Below, in pieces: positions 9,370 to 19,669 of a stretch of DNA of 57,135 nucleotides. How positions within the stretch are numbered: position 1 is the first letter of the stretch; the number at the start of each line of letters is the position of its first letter. Both the position numbers and the translations under genes were made by a program. The stretch is from a virus. Taxonomy: Duplodnaviria > Caudoviricetes. The notes beneath the pieces are model-generated. The model was given only the letters and a program-made list of their open reading frames with translations, was not told where the DNA came from and did not search any database. The DNA lies in the IMG/VR virus record IMGVR_UViG_3300001336_000023, positions 1-57,135 of that record; one strand, written 5' to 3'.

Positions 9370-11187
9370 TTATTTTTTCATTCCTTCTAGTTGCTTTTTC
9401 ATCACGGATGGCTCTCTACGAATCTTACGTTCTTCTGCTAATTGGCTAACCGCTTCTTCTGGGCGAACACCTTGGTCGGTCATACCTGCGAACGATTGAA
9501 GTTCCCCTGTAATCTCTTCCATGTCATTACGCAAACGGTCCAATTTCATACGGTCTAAGATCATATCCTTTTGTGGGAAGTCTTGATAGTAGAGCCACTC
9601 TTCTTCCGTTAATAACTGAATCTGACCTTGGTACTGCATTTGGAATTGCATAATTGTATTCGCTGCTTCTGCAAGTCTTGCACGATTCTTCGGAAGTAAA
9701 GGTGTTGCATTGATGGACATTGGGAACGTGTGTACCCTACGTCCTGCATCTGCTTTATATTTTCCAAAATCAATCTCCAATAAAGCCTGCTCTTCACTCT
9801 GATAAGACTTTGTCGTAATAAACCAACGCTTACCTCCGTGAAGAATGTAAAAGTCCAACATCATTTTTGTTAAATCTTTTGCGTATTTCTCAATCATACT
9901 AATACGTGTGTTGTCCGTCATACTAATTCTAGATTGTAAACGTTCCATTCCTCCGGTTGTGGTGATGGACTTTGTATCTCGTCCTTTATACTCATCATCA
10001 ATACCTGACACACGTTCAATTGATTGTGATAACCCTTCACGAATAGACGCTAAGTTCGGTGGTAAATCAGGGTAGTCCATACGGTGGAAGACATCTTTTG
10101 ATGCAACCCCATTGGTGACAAACAAACGGTCTGGGTTATTCATATCTTTACGGACACGGTTCGGATCAATTCCTGCTCGAATATCCATGACTAATGGAGT
10201 TCTTTGAGAAGCGTACGTGTGGGTGACGGCAATCGAATCGAGCACATTTAAGCTAAGGATGTTTTTCAGATTTCTCTGAATAATCCCCACACTGTACGGG
10301 TTCTTCTCAGGAGGTAAATCATAAAGAGCGACGAGAGGAAAGTACTCCGGTTTGACGCCCGCCTTAGCTTCTAAAATAATTTCTTCATTGATATAGACAA
10401 TGTAGTCATAACGCAACTTTCCATTCTCAATGTGCTTCATATAGGCAACAAAGACAGGGAACATTCCTTCTGAAGTAGGTGCCACCATTTGGTTTCGGTA
10501 CCCTTTCCCAACAGCATCTTGGGAGTGAATGATGGCCACTTCACGATCGTCCTCTTTGTCTTTTTGCTTTTTATCTAAGTAGTCTTGAATTTCATTTTCA
10601 GCTTCTGGGTACTTCGCAACAATGTCTTCAAAACTGTCTTCTGTTAAAACAAACGCTGCACGTCCATCTTGGAAGTCTTCAAAGTTAGGATCGAGTAACA
10701 CTGCCATCGTATCTCGATAAACAGGGTCTAATTCCCCTTTCATTACTTTGTCTCCTACTTTAAAAGAAGAGCTGCTGTCCCAACCAATCTGCATAAATCC
10801 AACATTGAGTCTTGCAGCACGGTTCCCCATGCGCAATTGTTTGTATCCTAGTTCATGGCGGTTGTACTCATACTCAAGGAACTTGTTGATATTTCTTGCT
10901 TCATCTTGTGACTCTGCATCTAGAGGAAGTACATCTGCAATGTATGGTGCGGAATAGACGGAGTTGACAATTGTGTGTGCAATATCAAAAACTAAGTTGG
11001 TGTCAGGGATGATTTGATGCTTTGGCAATTTCTTACGCATCGTATCCCAAAACTGTCCTGAATCGTACGAGTCAATTAAGCGCCAATAATTTTCTGATAC
11101 GCGTCTGCGATTCTTGAACAACTCTTGCAACTTAATAACTCTTTCAATTTCATAGGACATTTTGTCTAGGAATTCATTTTTATTCAT
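9370..11187 (-). CDS. Portal protein (P22/podovirus-like)
   Basis: 605 aa, YDSGQFW near N-terminus, IERVSGIDDEYKG motif, position between terminase and scaffold. Confidence 0.8.
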   Translation of the reverse strand: MNKNEFLDKMSYEIERVIKLQELFKNRRRVSENYWRLIDSYDSGQFWDTMRKKLPKHQIIPDTNLVFDIAHTIVNSVYSAPYIADVLPLDAESQDEARNINKFLEYEYNRHELGYKQLRMGNRAARLNVGFMQIGWDSSSSFKVGDKVMKGELDPVYRDTMAVLLDPNFEDFQDGRAAFVLTEDSFEDIVAKYPEAENEIQDYLDKKQKDKEDDREVAIIHSQDAVGKGYRNQMVAPTSEGMFPVFVAYMKHIENGKLRYDYIVYINEEIILEAKAGVKPEYFPLVALYDLPPEKNPYSVGIIQRNLKNILSLNVLDSIAVTHTYASQRTPLVMDIRAGIDPNRVRKDMNNPDRLFVTNGVASKDVFHRMDYPDLPPNLASIREGLSQSIERVSGIDDEYKGRDTKSITTTGGMERLQSRISMTDNTRISMIEKYAKDLTKMMLDFYILHGGKRWFITTKSYQSEEQALLEIDFGKYKADAGRRVHTFPMSINATPLLPKNRARLAEAANTIMQFQMQYQGQIQLLTEEEWLYYQDFPQKDMILDRMKLDRLRNDMEEITGELQSFAGMTDQGVRPEEAVSQLAEERKIRREPSVMKKQLEGMKK

Positions 11188-11581
11188 CCGGGCTACCTCC
11201 TTCTAGGAACTCATCAACGACTTCCATGGCAATGCTTTGTAAATCGCTATACTCTTCGGTCATCAACTCTGCCTCTTTCTTTCGTCGATCATCCAGCTTG
11301 GTATATTTGTTGACGATTCCGGCTTCGTATTTGAGTTCTTTTTCGAGGAGTTCTTTAATGCGATCTGTAGTTGGACTCGTTGAAGGTCCTTTATCCCTTG
11401 TGGCGGGGTAGTCATGTTTAACCTTGAATTCAGTTGGGATTTCTTTTTCTGCAATAGCGTGAATAAACTTCTCTCGAACATCGAGTTCTCTGTGTTTAAG
11501 CCGAAAATAATTCTGTCCTAAAACAGAAACGACAACGGCTATGGAAAAAACAATTACTGCGGTGGTGATGTATGTAACCAT
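11180..11581 (-). CDS. Hypothetical protein with N-terminal membrane anchor
   Basis: Hydrophobic first ~22 aa; AAAGGAG RBS; overlaps portal start. Confidence 0.7.
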   Translation of the reverse strand: MVTYITTAVIVFSIAVVVSVLGQNYFRLKHRELDVREKFIHAIAEKEIPTEFKVKHDYPATRDKGPSTSPTTDRIKELLEKELKYEAGIVNKYTKLDDRRKKEAELMTEEYSDLQSIAMEVVDEFLEGGSPDE

Positions 11582-11595
11582 ATCTTTCTCCTTTC

Positions 11596-13245
11596 TTAGA
11601 AGTCAAATGCTCCTCCGAATCCTTCGTAGCTTGATTCTTCATAACTCTCACTTACAGGATCGTAGCGCTCACTTCTAGAACGACCAATGTTCCCTTGGTA
11701 TGGGCTGTAGACATCGGTGTTTAGTGGTTTTAATTTATATGGGACTTCCATAATAACAAACTCGGCTGCGTTGATTCCGTGGTTACGTTTATCTTCTGGC
11801 TTGTCATCATTCTTTTTATAATTGCCTAGGGTACGGTCAGGGAACTTGTAAGACTTCCCTTCTTCGTTTGCTTTGGCAAATCCTTCTTCAAAGAAGTATA
11901 CTTGTGCATCTTCAATCATTTGGTTGAACTTTAATACCCTTGCATCGAGATTCATCTGTGCGGCCTTGAAGAAACAACCGTAATCGGCGAAGAGTTTTCC
12001 TAAGGTTTTATTCTCATCAGTTGCAGTTCGCTTTGTAAATGAACGTCCATCCATGACCGGCATACTGTAAAGGGATGTATTCGGTACGTGAATTCTAAGA
12101 TGGCGTTTATATTCCTCAGCCAACTGTCTGATGTTTGCGTTGTTCCGTACGAGCTCGGCAAAGAAAAACAGTGCCGGATGGCCAAAGTGTTCTCCTTGGA
12201 AATCGAATGCTCCGAAAACGAAATGGCTATTGTCACGGAGTCCGTAGTCATACCCAACCGTTCTTGGCCAATGATGTGGAATGTCAAAGTCAGGAATGAT
12301 ACGGTCGCCCCAATGCGGGTAGACAAGCCCTTCTGAATATTGGAAGGAACCTTTTAAGTATCGTTTGATCCACCACGCCGGTTTCCCTGCTGCTAAGTCT
12401 TTGGCAAACGTTGCTGGCAAATGGTAGTTCGCTTTGGTCGGGATGATGTGTGTGCTCATAAAGTCAAGCACTTCCCCCGGGTTGTTGTGGTATTCCTGTT
12501 CTTCACTTTCGTCTTCGTAGATGTAAATTTTCCCGCTCTTTAAAACGACGTCGGTTCTAATCCATCCTGAATCCGGATTCGATTCGATAACAGTCTGCAA
12601 CCATTGGTGTTTGATTTTCTTTTCATATTTGTGTTCTTCTTCATTCCAAATCATCAACGGTACGCCTTTGCTATCCCTCTGTGGAATCACTGCTGCATCG
12701 TTACGCACACGTGACTGTAACTGAATGTATGAATCGTACTTCGTTTCTGATGCCTCGAGAATATGGGCGCGCGTTAAGTTGTATGAACGAATGTCCCCTT
12801 CATCTGCCAACGGTCGCCAATAGATGATATGGTTGTTTTCTAGGGTAATCTTATTTTTCTGGCGGTTGTAAGACCTAACAAAGTCAATTGGGAAGTCCCC
12901 TTCGAAATCTTTACGGATGGTGTTCTCTAGTTGGACTAGGGTATCTGCTCCGATTAAGGTTTCCCCTTTCGGTGTGATGAGGGCGTGTTTCTGATCCATT
13001 AAGTACCCGATGAATGTCTTACCTGATCCATAACCGCCGAAGACCCCCAAACGTCTGGAAGGGTCCTTGGCTATTTTGTATTGGTGTGGTAAAAGTTGTG
13101 CAGTGTTGAGGTAGGTATGACAACGGTAGTCTGAACACTTGTACCAATTCTTACAAGTTGTTTCAATAATACTCGTTGCCGAACGCATTGGTTCCCCACA
13201 TCTCGGGCACTTTAATTTGGTGACATCAGTCCATATGAATTTCAT
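11596..13245 (-). CDS. terL: Terminase large subunit with N-terminal Zn ribbon
   Basis: Walker A GGYGSGKT, ESNPDSGW coupling motif, nuclease GYDYGLRD and C-terminal NHGINA; N-terminal CPRC...CSDYRC. Confidence 0.9.
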   Translation of the reverse strand: MKFIWTDVTKLKCPRCGEPMRSATSIIETTCKNWYKCSDYRCHTYLNTAQLLPHQYKIAKDPSRRLGVFGGYGSGKTFIGYLMDQKHALITPKGETLIGADTLVQLENTIRKDFEGDFPIDFVRSYNRQKNKITLENNHIIYWRPLADEGDIRSYNLTRAHILEASETKYDSYIQLQSRVRNDAAVIPQRDSKGVPLMIWNEEEHKYEKKIKHQWLQTVIESNPDSGWIRTDVVLKSGKIYIYEDESEEQEYHNNPGEVLDFMSTHIIPTKANYHLPATFAKDLAAGKPAWWIKRYLKGSFQYSEGLVYPHWGDRIIPDFDIPHHWPRTVGYDYGLRDNSHFVFGAFDFQGEHFGHPALFFFAELVRNNANIRQLAEEYKRHLRIHVPNTSLYSMPVMDGRSFTKRTATDENKTLGKLFADYGCFFKAAQMNLDARVLKFNQMIEDAQVYFFEEGFAKANEEGKSYKFPDRTLGNYKKNDDKPEDKRNHGINAAEFVIMEVPYKLKPLNTDVYSPYQGNIGRSRSERYDPVSESYEESSYEGFGGAFDF

Positions 13246-13652
13246 TACTTATTGGCTGCTGCCTTTTTCTTTAAGATACGTGTCTGTGCTTCTACAATTG
13301 CCTCATCGGTTAAGCCATCAAACTTATCTTTCTTCTTGTCTGGGTGGAACCTGTCAATCATCAGTGAATACCCTGCGACACTGCGGTCGTATAAGGCATC
13401 TCGGAATTTTGCTGTTTCTTTTTCGATATCTTTTTCAGGGATGTCCTTCGTTGCATAACGTAATGCGTGTTGTAACATTTCAAACTCCACTGTGTGTAGG
13501 GCATCAAGTACCTCGTCAACACCTAATTGCCCTTGTAAGTTTACTTGTACCTGTTTCGTTAATGGGTCTGACCCAATGATGATGACGTGCGGTGACGCCA
13601 TGATTTTCTTGTTGTCTGCTTTAATGTGAACCTTCTTTAGTTCTCTGCTCAT
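13245..13652 (-). CDS. Hypothetical protein, first gene of packaging operon
   Basis: AGGAGG RBS 8 nt before ATG at 13652; stop overlaps terL start. Confidence 0.7.
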   Translation of the reverse strand: MSRELKKVHIKADNKKIMASPHVIIIGSDPLTKQVQVNLQGQLGVDEVLDALHTVEFEMLQHALRYATKDIPEKDIEKETAKFRDALYDRSVAGYSLMIDRFHPDKKKDKFDGLTDEAIVEAQTRILKKKAAANK

Positions 13653-13672
13653 TATAAGCACCTCCTGACTTT

Positions 13673-13701
13673 ATTATATAGTGGTGGCAGGGTTTTGTCT
13701 A
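13673..13701 (-). promoter_or_regulatory. Sigma-70/sigmaA promoter of packaging/head operon
   Basis: Minus strand TAGACA-17 nt-TATAAT directly upstream of the RBS. Confidence 0.75.
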
Positions 13702-14066
13702 CACGGAGAATATTATTTTTAATTATTATTTATTATTTTTTATTATATTTTTATTTTTATTTTGAAAAAAGGAGTGGAATACACTAATGAACGTATATGT
13801 ATATATGTGTGGTGGAACCGATATAATGGTAAATTTGAACCCCACCCCCTTCGATATATTGCGTATCGGGGAAATCTTTGAAAGGAGATAATCATGGGTA
13901 AACACCTATACCGAGTCTTCCATAAAGAACTACAGAAGCCGTTGTACATACACAGCAGTAGTACTAATATGGGAGCAGTCGCAACACAAATGTCAAAGAA
14001 GTACAGTAAGCAGTATGGAAGATTCATTTGGATCGATGCAAAGAAAATAACAAAGGAGGAAAGAAA

Positions 14067-14618
14067 ATGAAACGTAAAGAATTCCTAAGAGGTCTATATG
14101 ATTTCTTAGATGTAAAGGTCGTACCATACATGTCAGACTTAGAACCACAAGAGAAACTGCATGTACGATCACAAGAAGTGGAAGGCTACTATAACAGAGA
14201 TACAAAAACAGTAGCACTAGCACCAAGTGCAGGTTTATTCATCGCACTCCATGAATTAGCACATGCAATACATTACAAGTTGTATCCTGACATACTCACA
14301 GATAATGCAGAAGCAAAAGAAAGAATAGCAAATGTAACAGCAACATTAGTCTTAAAGAGATTAGGTCTAAAGGATATGACTTATAATCACACAAAGAACA
14401 GCACAGTAAGATTCCATATCACAGCAACAGAGATATACTTACACAAAGTGAAAGAAAATATTGCATTCCTCAAAGAAACCTACAAAGATGATCCTGTTAT
14501 GTATGAGTCTTATTACAAAGGACTGTCAATTACGAAAGTGTATGATGTAACACTGAAGATAACTGACCATATATTCCAAGCTGCTGATTGGATTATAGCA
14601 AAACATGTAACAGAATAA
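14067..14618 (+). CDS. Zincin-like (HExxH) metallopeptidase-domain protein
   Basis: GYYN...ALHELAHAIH...E motif as in ImmA/IrrE- or ArdC-like zincins; AAGGAGG RBS supports ATG 14067. Confidence 0.65.
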   Translation: MKRKEFLRGLYDFLDVKVVPYMSDLEPQEKLHVRSQEVEGYYNRDTKTVALAPSAGLFIALHELAHAIHYKLYPDILTDNAEAKERIANVTATLVLKRLGLKDMTYNHTKNSTVRFHITATEIYLHKVKENIAFLKETYKDDPVMYESYYKGLSITKVYDVTLKITDHIFQAADWIIAKHVTE

Positions 14619-14625
14619 TAACCTA

Positions 14626-14658
14626 AGAAGGGGCGTCGTATCCGATGCCCTTTTTTTA
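14626..14658 (+). terminator. Intrinsic terminator
   Basis: GGGCGTCG-tatc-CGATGCCC followed by a T tract. Confidence 0.8.
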
Positions 14659-15383
14659 TGGACAAAGACGTTGACCACCTCCCTCTTTTTTAGGATAAAT
14701 AGCCCACTGAATACGTGTATATCCACAGGTCCTCTTTCCACGTCAAAAATGGAAGAGGGGTGACTGACCGAATCATGCTAATGGTCATGTCATGAAGTAA
14801 AAAAGTAGAACATAGAAGTATCCACTACTAATCTCTAAAAGTACTAACTAAATTATTTATATAGGTAGTAATACATCCATGTTTCTTTTCAACATCCATG
14901 TTCTACTAAATCTACACTGAGAACTTCCATGTATTACCATGTATGTTTTTCACACACTTTGTCCCAACAAGTCATAAAAACACGGACCCCTACATCCAAA
15001 AAATGAAAGGGCACAAACAAACACCTCAAATTCAACACCAAAATCATCACTCAAATTCCCCCTTTGACCACCCCGACCACTTGTGCCGGGGCGCTAACAA
15101 AAAAGACTTGACATACACACATAATTACCTCTTCGTACGACGTACTCTCTCTCACGTCTTCCAGCGCTCATAACACGGCATGTTTTACAACACGCCATTC
15201 GCTAGTCAAGCATACAACGTGCGTCTAGTCAAGTACCGTTCCTTAATGCTCAGGTGCAAGTAACAAAACGCACCTTCCGCTTACCACTTAAAAGCGTGTA
15301 CTTGACAAGCCTCACAACGTATGCTAATCACAAAGCACGTGCGATAGAGCACGAATCTAATATCCTAAAGGAGGATACATATT

Positions 15384-15896
15384 ATGAAACCAATCATCAC
15401 AAACATCGTCAACCAAGGGTACAAAGTAAAACTGATTGCATTCCGCAACCCACGTACCGCGGACAACACAGTCAACAAACGCATGGAAGAATTAGTATTC
15501 CACATTCTAGGTACCAAAAAGACAGCCGTTGTCCCATTCTTTCTAGACAACAAGCAACAAGCTATGGTATCAAAACGCATTTGGTTATCAAATCTTTCAC
15601 GACAAGCAGGATTGCCAAACGACAACCCCGACTTAAACTACCTTATCGACGTAGAGGGTATGAAACGCAGTGAAGCCCTTGAGGAAATTGAAAAACAAAC
15701 ACATGAAGACCTCAACAAATTGATTGGCAAAGAATTCACAGTTTGGTACACATCAACCACATCGAACGGTAGAACATACTTCAACTACCGACCTTATGAG
15801 CCAATCATCGATACCGAAGATGATGAATCAAACGACCTTGAATTTGATGAGTCTGACTTACCTAGCGATGATGAATCACCAGATGAAGAGGCTTAA
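15384..15896 (+). CDS. Putative ssDNA-binding-like protein with acidic tail
   Basis: LIGKEFTVW...NGRTYFNY OB-fold-like end and a long Asp/Glu tail; AAAGGAGG RBS. Confidence 0.45.
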   Translation: MKPIITNIVNQGYKVKLIAFRNPRTADNTVNKRMEELVFHILGTKKTAVVPFFLDNKQQAMVSKRIWLSNLSRQAGLPNDNPDLNYLIDVEGMKRSEALEEIEKQTHEDLNKLIGKEFTVWYTSTTSNGRTYFNYRPYEPIIDTEDDESNDLEFDESDLPSDDESPDEEA

Positions 15897-15916
15897 AAAC
15901 CTCTTCTTTTTTTTTT
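15885..15916 (+). terminator. Intrinsic terminator
   Basis: GAAGAGG...CCTCTTC followed by a long T run. Confidence 0.75.
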
Positions 15917-15949
15917 CATCAATACTAAGAAAATTAGGAGGAAGACACA

Positions 15950-16804
15950 ATGAAACTTGTCACCACAAAAATACCTGAACAAACATTGCTGAATGAAATA
16001 GCCGAAGTCACCAAACTAAAACTAAAAGACACCAAATGGATTACATTGTCCGATACCGGACTAGAATACGGGACACCAATCAAACAAGTCAAAAATGAAC
16101 TCTTCACCATCACCACCGGAATCCCTGTCCTCATCCATTCCACCATGTACCCAGATGATTGGAAACTCATCCCAAGATTTGTCAAGGAGAATCGACCAAT
16201 CATTGCTTACTTCGCCGAAAACGATTACCTCATCTTCCAAAATCAAAAAATCATCAAACGCGAAACCGACTCAAAAGGTGTTGCTAGGTATATATGGAGT
16301 ATCATTAACAGCATGTTGCATCCGCAAAAATATAGTCTACTAGATTTGAACATCATGGAAGTCTTGCAAAAGCACTATTCTGAAAATACCGAAACAGTCT
16401 TCAAAAAATTGATGCAATTACTCGACACCACAAAATACAAAGAACTTCTAGATATCATCATCAAAGGGCTAGATATGAATCTCGACCTATACAGAACAAG
16501 AGGATACACAACCAAGGACCTCTATAAAGCAAAATTGCTTCACGCCCTATACTTCAAATTCAACACACACAAAGATTACATCCGCGAATACCGAGGATTA
16601 TCCGATGAAGATGCACCTGAACAAAACAATCCCCGCGAACAAGCCGAACTATTTGCTGATGCTTGCAAAAAGTTACTAAACATTCACATCAACGTGGATG
16701 ATATCTTCACCGAAGTGGAGTTGGTACCTTACTCTACCGACTACATTGAAGTAATGTTTGATTTAGATAACGATACAGATTTACATTTTGAGGGAGCCGA
16801 ATAG
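15950..16804 (+). CDS. Hypothetical early protein
   Basis: 284-aa ORF with AGGAGG RBS. Confidence 0.8.
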   Translation: MKLVTTKIPEQTLLNEIAEVTKLKLKDTKWITLSDTGLEYGTPIKQVKNELFTITTGIPVLIHSTMYPDDWKLIPRFVKENRPIIAYFAENDYLIFQNQKIIKRETDSKGVARYIWSIINSMLHPQKYSLLDLNIMEVLQKHYSENTETVFKKLMQLLDTTKYKELLDIIIKGLDMNLDLYRTRGYTTKDLYKAKLLHALYFKFNTHKDYIREYRGLSDEDAPEQNNPREQAELFADACKKLLNIHINVDDIFTEVELVPYSTDYIEVMFDLDNDTDLHFEGAE

Positions 16805-16819
16805 CTTCCTCTTTTTTTG
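16790..16819 (+). terminator. Intrinsic terminator
   Basis: GAGGGAGC-cgaata-GCTTCCTC followed by T7. Confidence 0.75.
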
Positions 16820-16862
16820 TTCGGGGCCACTTGTGTCCCGCACGACCAAAATATAGAAAGAG

Positions 16863-17132
16863 GTGTTGACATTGTTATACATTGAAGACCAAGATAGAAA
16901 AACCATCCGTCCGTATACGGGAATCAAAAGATCAGAAGTTAGAATCCGTGACCTTGAAACAACACAATTACTAGGAACATACAAAGACGCCCAACGAACA
17001 GAAGAAGTGTACAAAGAAATTAAAACTGCCTTGTGCAATAGTGAAGTTATATCAGTAAGTCCACACCAAGAAAACCCATCACTTAAATTTTATGTACCTG
17101 AACGTACCATTTATTCAATGCCAAAGGAGTGA
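16863..17132 (+). CDS. Hypothetical early protein
   Basis: 89-aa ORF near GAAAGAGG RBS; exact start uncertain. Confidence 0.6.
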   Translation: MLTLLYIEDQDRKTIRPYTGIKRSEVRIRDLETTQLLGTYKDAQRTEEVYKEIKTALCNSEVISVSPHQENPSLKFYVPERTIYSMPKE

Positions 17133-17136
17133 TAAA

Positions 17137-17517
17137 ATGAATAAGTATAAGTTATTAGAACGTGAAGCGAATGGATTATGTAGAATTAAAGCGTTAAGAG
17201 ATTTTGGTGATGTGAAAAAAGGCGATATAGGTGGGTATGTAGAGAAAGAGAATAACCTTTCACAATTAGGTAACGCTTGGGTATATGGTAATGCTAGGGT
17301 AACAAAAGATGTTGTCAATTTAATTGGGTTAAAATACGACATCACATTATCGGACAATCATGTTCGAATTGGATGTAAACAATTCACATTTGAAAAAGCG
17401 CTAAAATTACATAAACGTTGGAAACAAACGAAAGAAAAATATGAAGAAGCAAGCGAAGTTGAAGACATTAGAAAAGTTGTAGTTGAATTGATTAAATCTA
17501 GGATGAGGGAATTATGA
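17137..17517 (+). CDS. Conserved phage protein with short left-handed beta-helix-like repeat
   Basis: RIKALRDFGDVKKGDIGGYVEKENNLSQLGNAWVYGNA is a widespread phage motif; AAGGAG RBS supports ATG 17137. Confidence 0.75.
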   Translation: MNKYKLLEREANGLCRIKALRDFGDVKKGDIGGYVEKENNLSQLGNAWVYGNARVTKDVVNLIGLKYDITLSDNHVRIGCKQFTFEKALKLHKRWKQTKEKYEEASEVEDIRKVVVELIKSRMREL

Positions 17518-17936
17518 AAATAACATTCATCAAAAAAGAAGGAGAAGTTGTTGCCATCATCCCCCATACCCACGTTACCACAGAAGAAAATGTCCCTATC
17601 CATGAACGTATTGTAGAACTTATAGATAAAGACACAAAAATAGAACAACTCACACCTGACCGTCATCACGATTACATTATGTATGATAAAGAAGAAATGT
17701 ATAGTTTCCAAAATAGTTTGGATTTATATATTGTAGACCTACTACTTACACATCACGACATTCCAAAAGATAAAAATACTTTAATGGCCTACGCTTCAAT
17801 GGTTGAAGAGGTATACTTCAAAGATGAAACACACTTATCTATCGGTAAAATTGTTGATGAAGTAATAAAACATTATGATACATTCAAACACTTATCAAGA
17901 CGTGAAGTACTATACCATATCATAGATAATTTATAA
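17514..17936 (+). CDS. Hypothetical early protein
   Basis: ATGA overlap with upstream gene. Confidence 0.75.
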   Translation: MKITFIKKEGEVVAIIPHTHVTTEENVPIHERIVELIDKDTKIEQLTPDRHHDYIMYDKEEMYSFQNSLDLYIVDLLLTHHDIPKDKNTLMAYASMVEEVYFKDETHLSIGKIVDEVIKHYDTFKHLSRREVLYHIIDNL

Positions 17937-17948
17937 GGAGGAATAAAA

Positions 17949-18368
17949 ATGAAAAAACAATTCAAAAAAGGTCAAGCTATTATATATCTTAAAGAAGATA
18001 ACAGTAGTGGCGTAGAATTAGGCATCATCAAACGTAGAAATAATACGAACAACGGATATTTTGTGAATTACCATACAGGCGACACTGCCGCTAATACACC
18101 CGACCATCTAATTACAGATATTCAAAACGATTATGCTTTTCAAATTATTCGTAAAGACGTAAACAACGAAATACAATCACAAAAAGCAAGACGTATGGCT
18201 TCAGAAATTATCAACCAACTCAAAGAACATGTTGAAAACAACTTTGGTGAACAACTCTTTAACGAAGAAGAAAAGAGTACTGAAGGATTATTCGGTGACG
18301 CTTATTATAGTTGGGAAAATATCATCACCCAAATCATAGAAGACTTTAAAGGAGGGAATGCACCATAG
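17949..18368 (+). CDS. Hypothetical early protein
   Basis: AAGGAGG RBS; 139 aa. Confidence 0.75.
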   Translation: MKKQFKKGQAIIYLKEDNSSGVELGIIKRRNNTNNGYFVNYHTGDTAANTPDHLITDIQNDYAFQIIRKDVNNEIQSQKARRMASEIINQLKEHVENNFGEQLFNEEEKSTEGLFGDAYYSWENIITQIIEDFKGGNAP

Positions 18369-18488
18369 GAACATATGTTGAACACAACAAGCAATCATAT
18401 TATGCTAGTAATGAAAAGCAATTAGATGATTTATTATTCTACTTAGCTATTAAGGTATTAATAAAACAAAAAAAAGAGGAGGAATAAA

Positions 18489-18983
18489 ATGCCAAAATAC
18501 ACAGTAAACAATAAAGGCGCATACTACCTTGACAAAATGGCTGACGGAATTCAACGTTCAACCATCGCTCACGAAGAAGGAATCACAGAACAAGGAGTCT
18601 ACCTTTCGGTTTATGCCCTTATTAGAAACTCAAAGCTTAAAATCAAAGGGATGAAAATGCAAACAGACACAATCAACAAATTAGAAAAAGATTTATTTAA
18701 CGCAAGCAACCTCGTCAGCAGTCTTACAGCAGAACGAAACGACTTACGTAGAGAAGTAGAAAATTTAAAAGTACTAACCAAAGATGCAAAACCAAGTGAC
18801 ATTCAATTTGCTCGATTATCAGACAACAACAAAAAACTTATGGAAGCCAATAATGAACTACGAAAAGAACTTGCAAAAAAAGAAATACTACAACCTATAG
18901 AAAAACCACCAATAACATTCGCCAGCAACCAAGATAGACTTATTGATAGATTATTATCCATCATTGAAAAGGCGGTGGAATAA
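18489..18983 (+). CDS. Putative HTH plus coiled-coil protein
   Basis: STIAHEEGITEQGVY is HTH-like; central coiled coil; GAGGAGG RBS. Confidence 0.6.
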   Translation: MPKYTVNNKGAYYLDKMADGIQRSTIAHEEGITEQGVYLSVYALIRNSKLKIKGMKMQTDTINKLEKDLFNASNLVSSLTAERNDLRREVENLKVLTKDAKPSDIQFARLSDNNKKLMEANNELRKELAKKEILQPIEKPPITFASNQDRLIDRLLSIIEKAVE

Positions 18984-19162
18984 TGCCTAAAATTATAAAA
19001 TACAAATCATTCCCCATCAACCGTCTTGAAATACTTTTTTATAAACTCATCAGACACCACAAAACAATTCATGAAACAGATTCAATAGGAACCAAAATTA
19101 CCCGTAAAGGCATCATCAAAAAAAATCATTTATTTGTCTACGAAACTATCATTCACCAATAG
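18983..19162 (+). CDS. Small basic hypothetical protein (59 aa, not in ORF track)
   Basis: TAATG coupling to upstream gene, GGCGGTGG RBS-like site, MPKIIKYKSFP...ETIIHQ*. Confidence 0.6.
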   Translation: MPKIIKYKSFPINRLEILFYKLIRHHKTIHETDSIGTKITRKGIIKKNHLFVYETIIHQ

Positions 19163-19196
19163 ATAATGTATTATCTATTGGAAAGGAGGAAAATTT

Positions 19197-19625
19197 ATGG
19201 AAGAAAAATACTATCAAATGAAACAAAGACACCAAAAAGAATTTGACAATTTCCAAGGGATTGGATTTGCATTTAGTAACAAACAATTCGAAGAAATGTG
19301 TGAAAAATTAGGTGTTAAAACTGAAGAAGCAAATAAAAAAATTACAAGCATAGGTGCAGGAGCATTTATCCTTAAATATCGTGTAAATGCTTATGTAGAA
19401 TTGATCCAACGTGTAACAAAAGAAACAGAAGAAGCAATGAAAGACCCTGAATTTGCTTACGACGCTATTAATTATGAACTAGACAACCACGAATACTGTG
19501 TTACTTACGATGAAACAGAAGCCCTTGAAGCATTAAGTATCACTAATGAAATACTACAAGACAGTCCTATGTTACAAGAGCAACTGAAAAAAGCAAAGAA
19601 ACACCAACTAACAATCAGAAGTTAG
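19197..19625 (+). CDS. Conserved phage hypothetical protein
   Basis: FAFSNKQFEE...YELDNHEY motif; AAAGGAGG RBS. Confidence 0.8.
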   Translation: MEEKYYQMKQRHQKEFDNFQGIGFAFSNKQFEEMCEKLGVKTEEANKKITSIGAGAFILKYRVNAYVELIQRVTKETEEAMKDPEFAYDAINYELDNHEYCVTYDETEALEALSITNEILQDSPMLQEQLKKAKKHQLTIRS

Positions 19626-19669
19626 CGTCGGGGGGGCACTGTTGGCCCCGCGCCGTTAGGAGGTATATA

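Noticed and set aside
13743-15673. Tracked ORFs 13743-14027, 13993-14226, 14943-15173, 15254-15673 and similar short antisense ORFs elsewhere
   Set aside because: No RBS, atypical composition, or shadows of better-supported genes.
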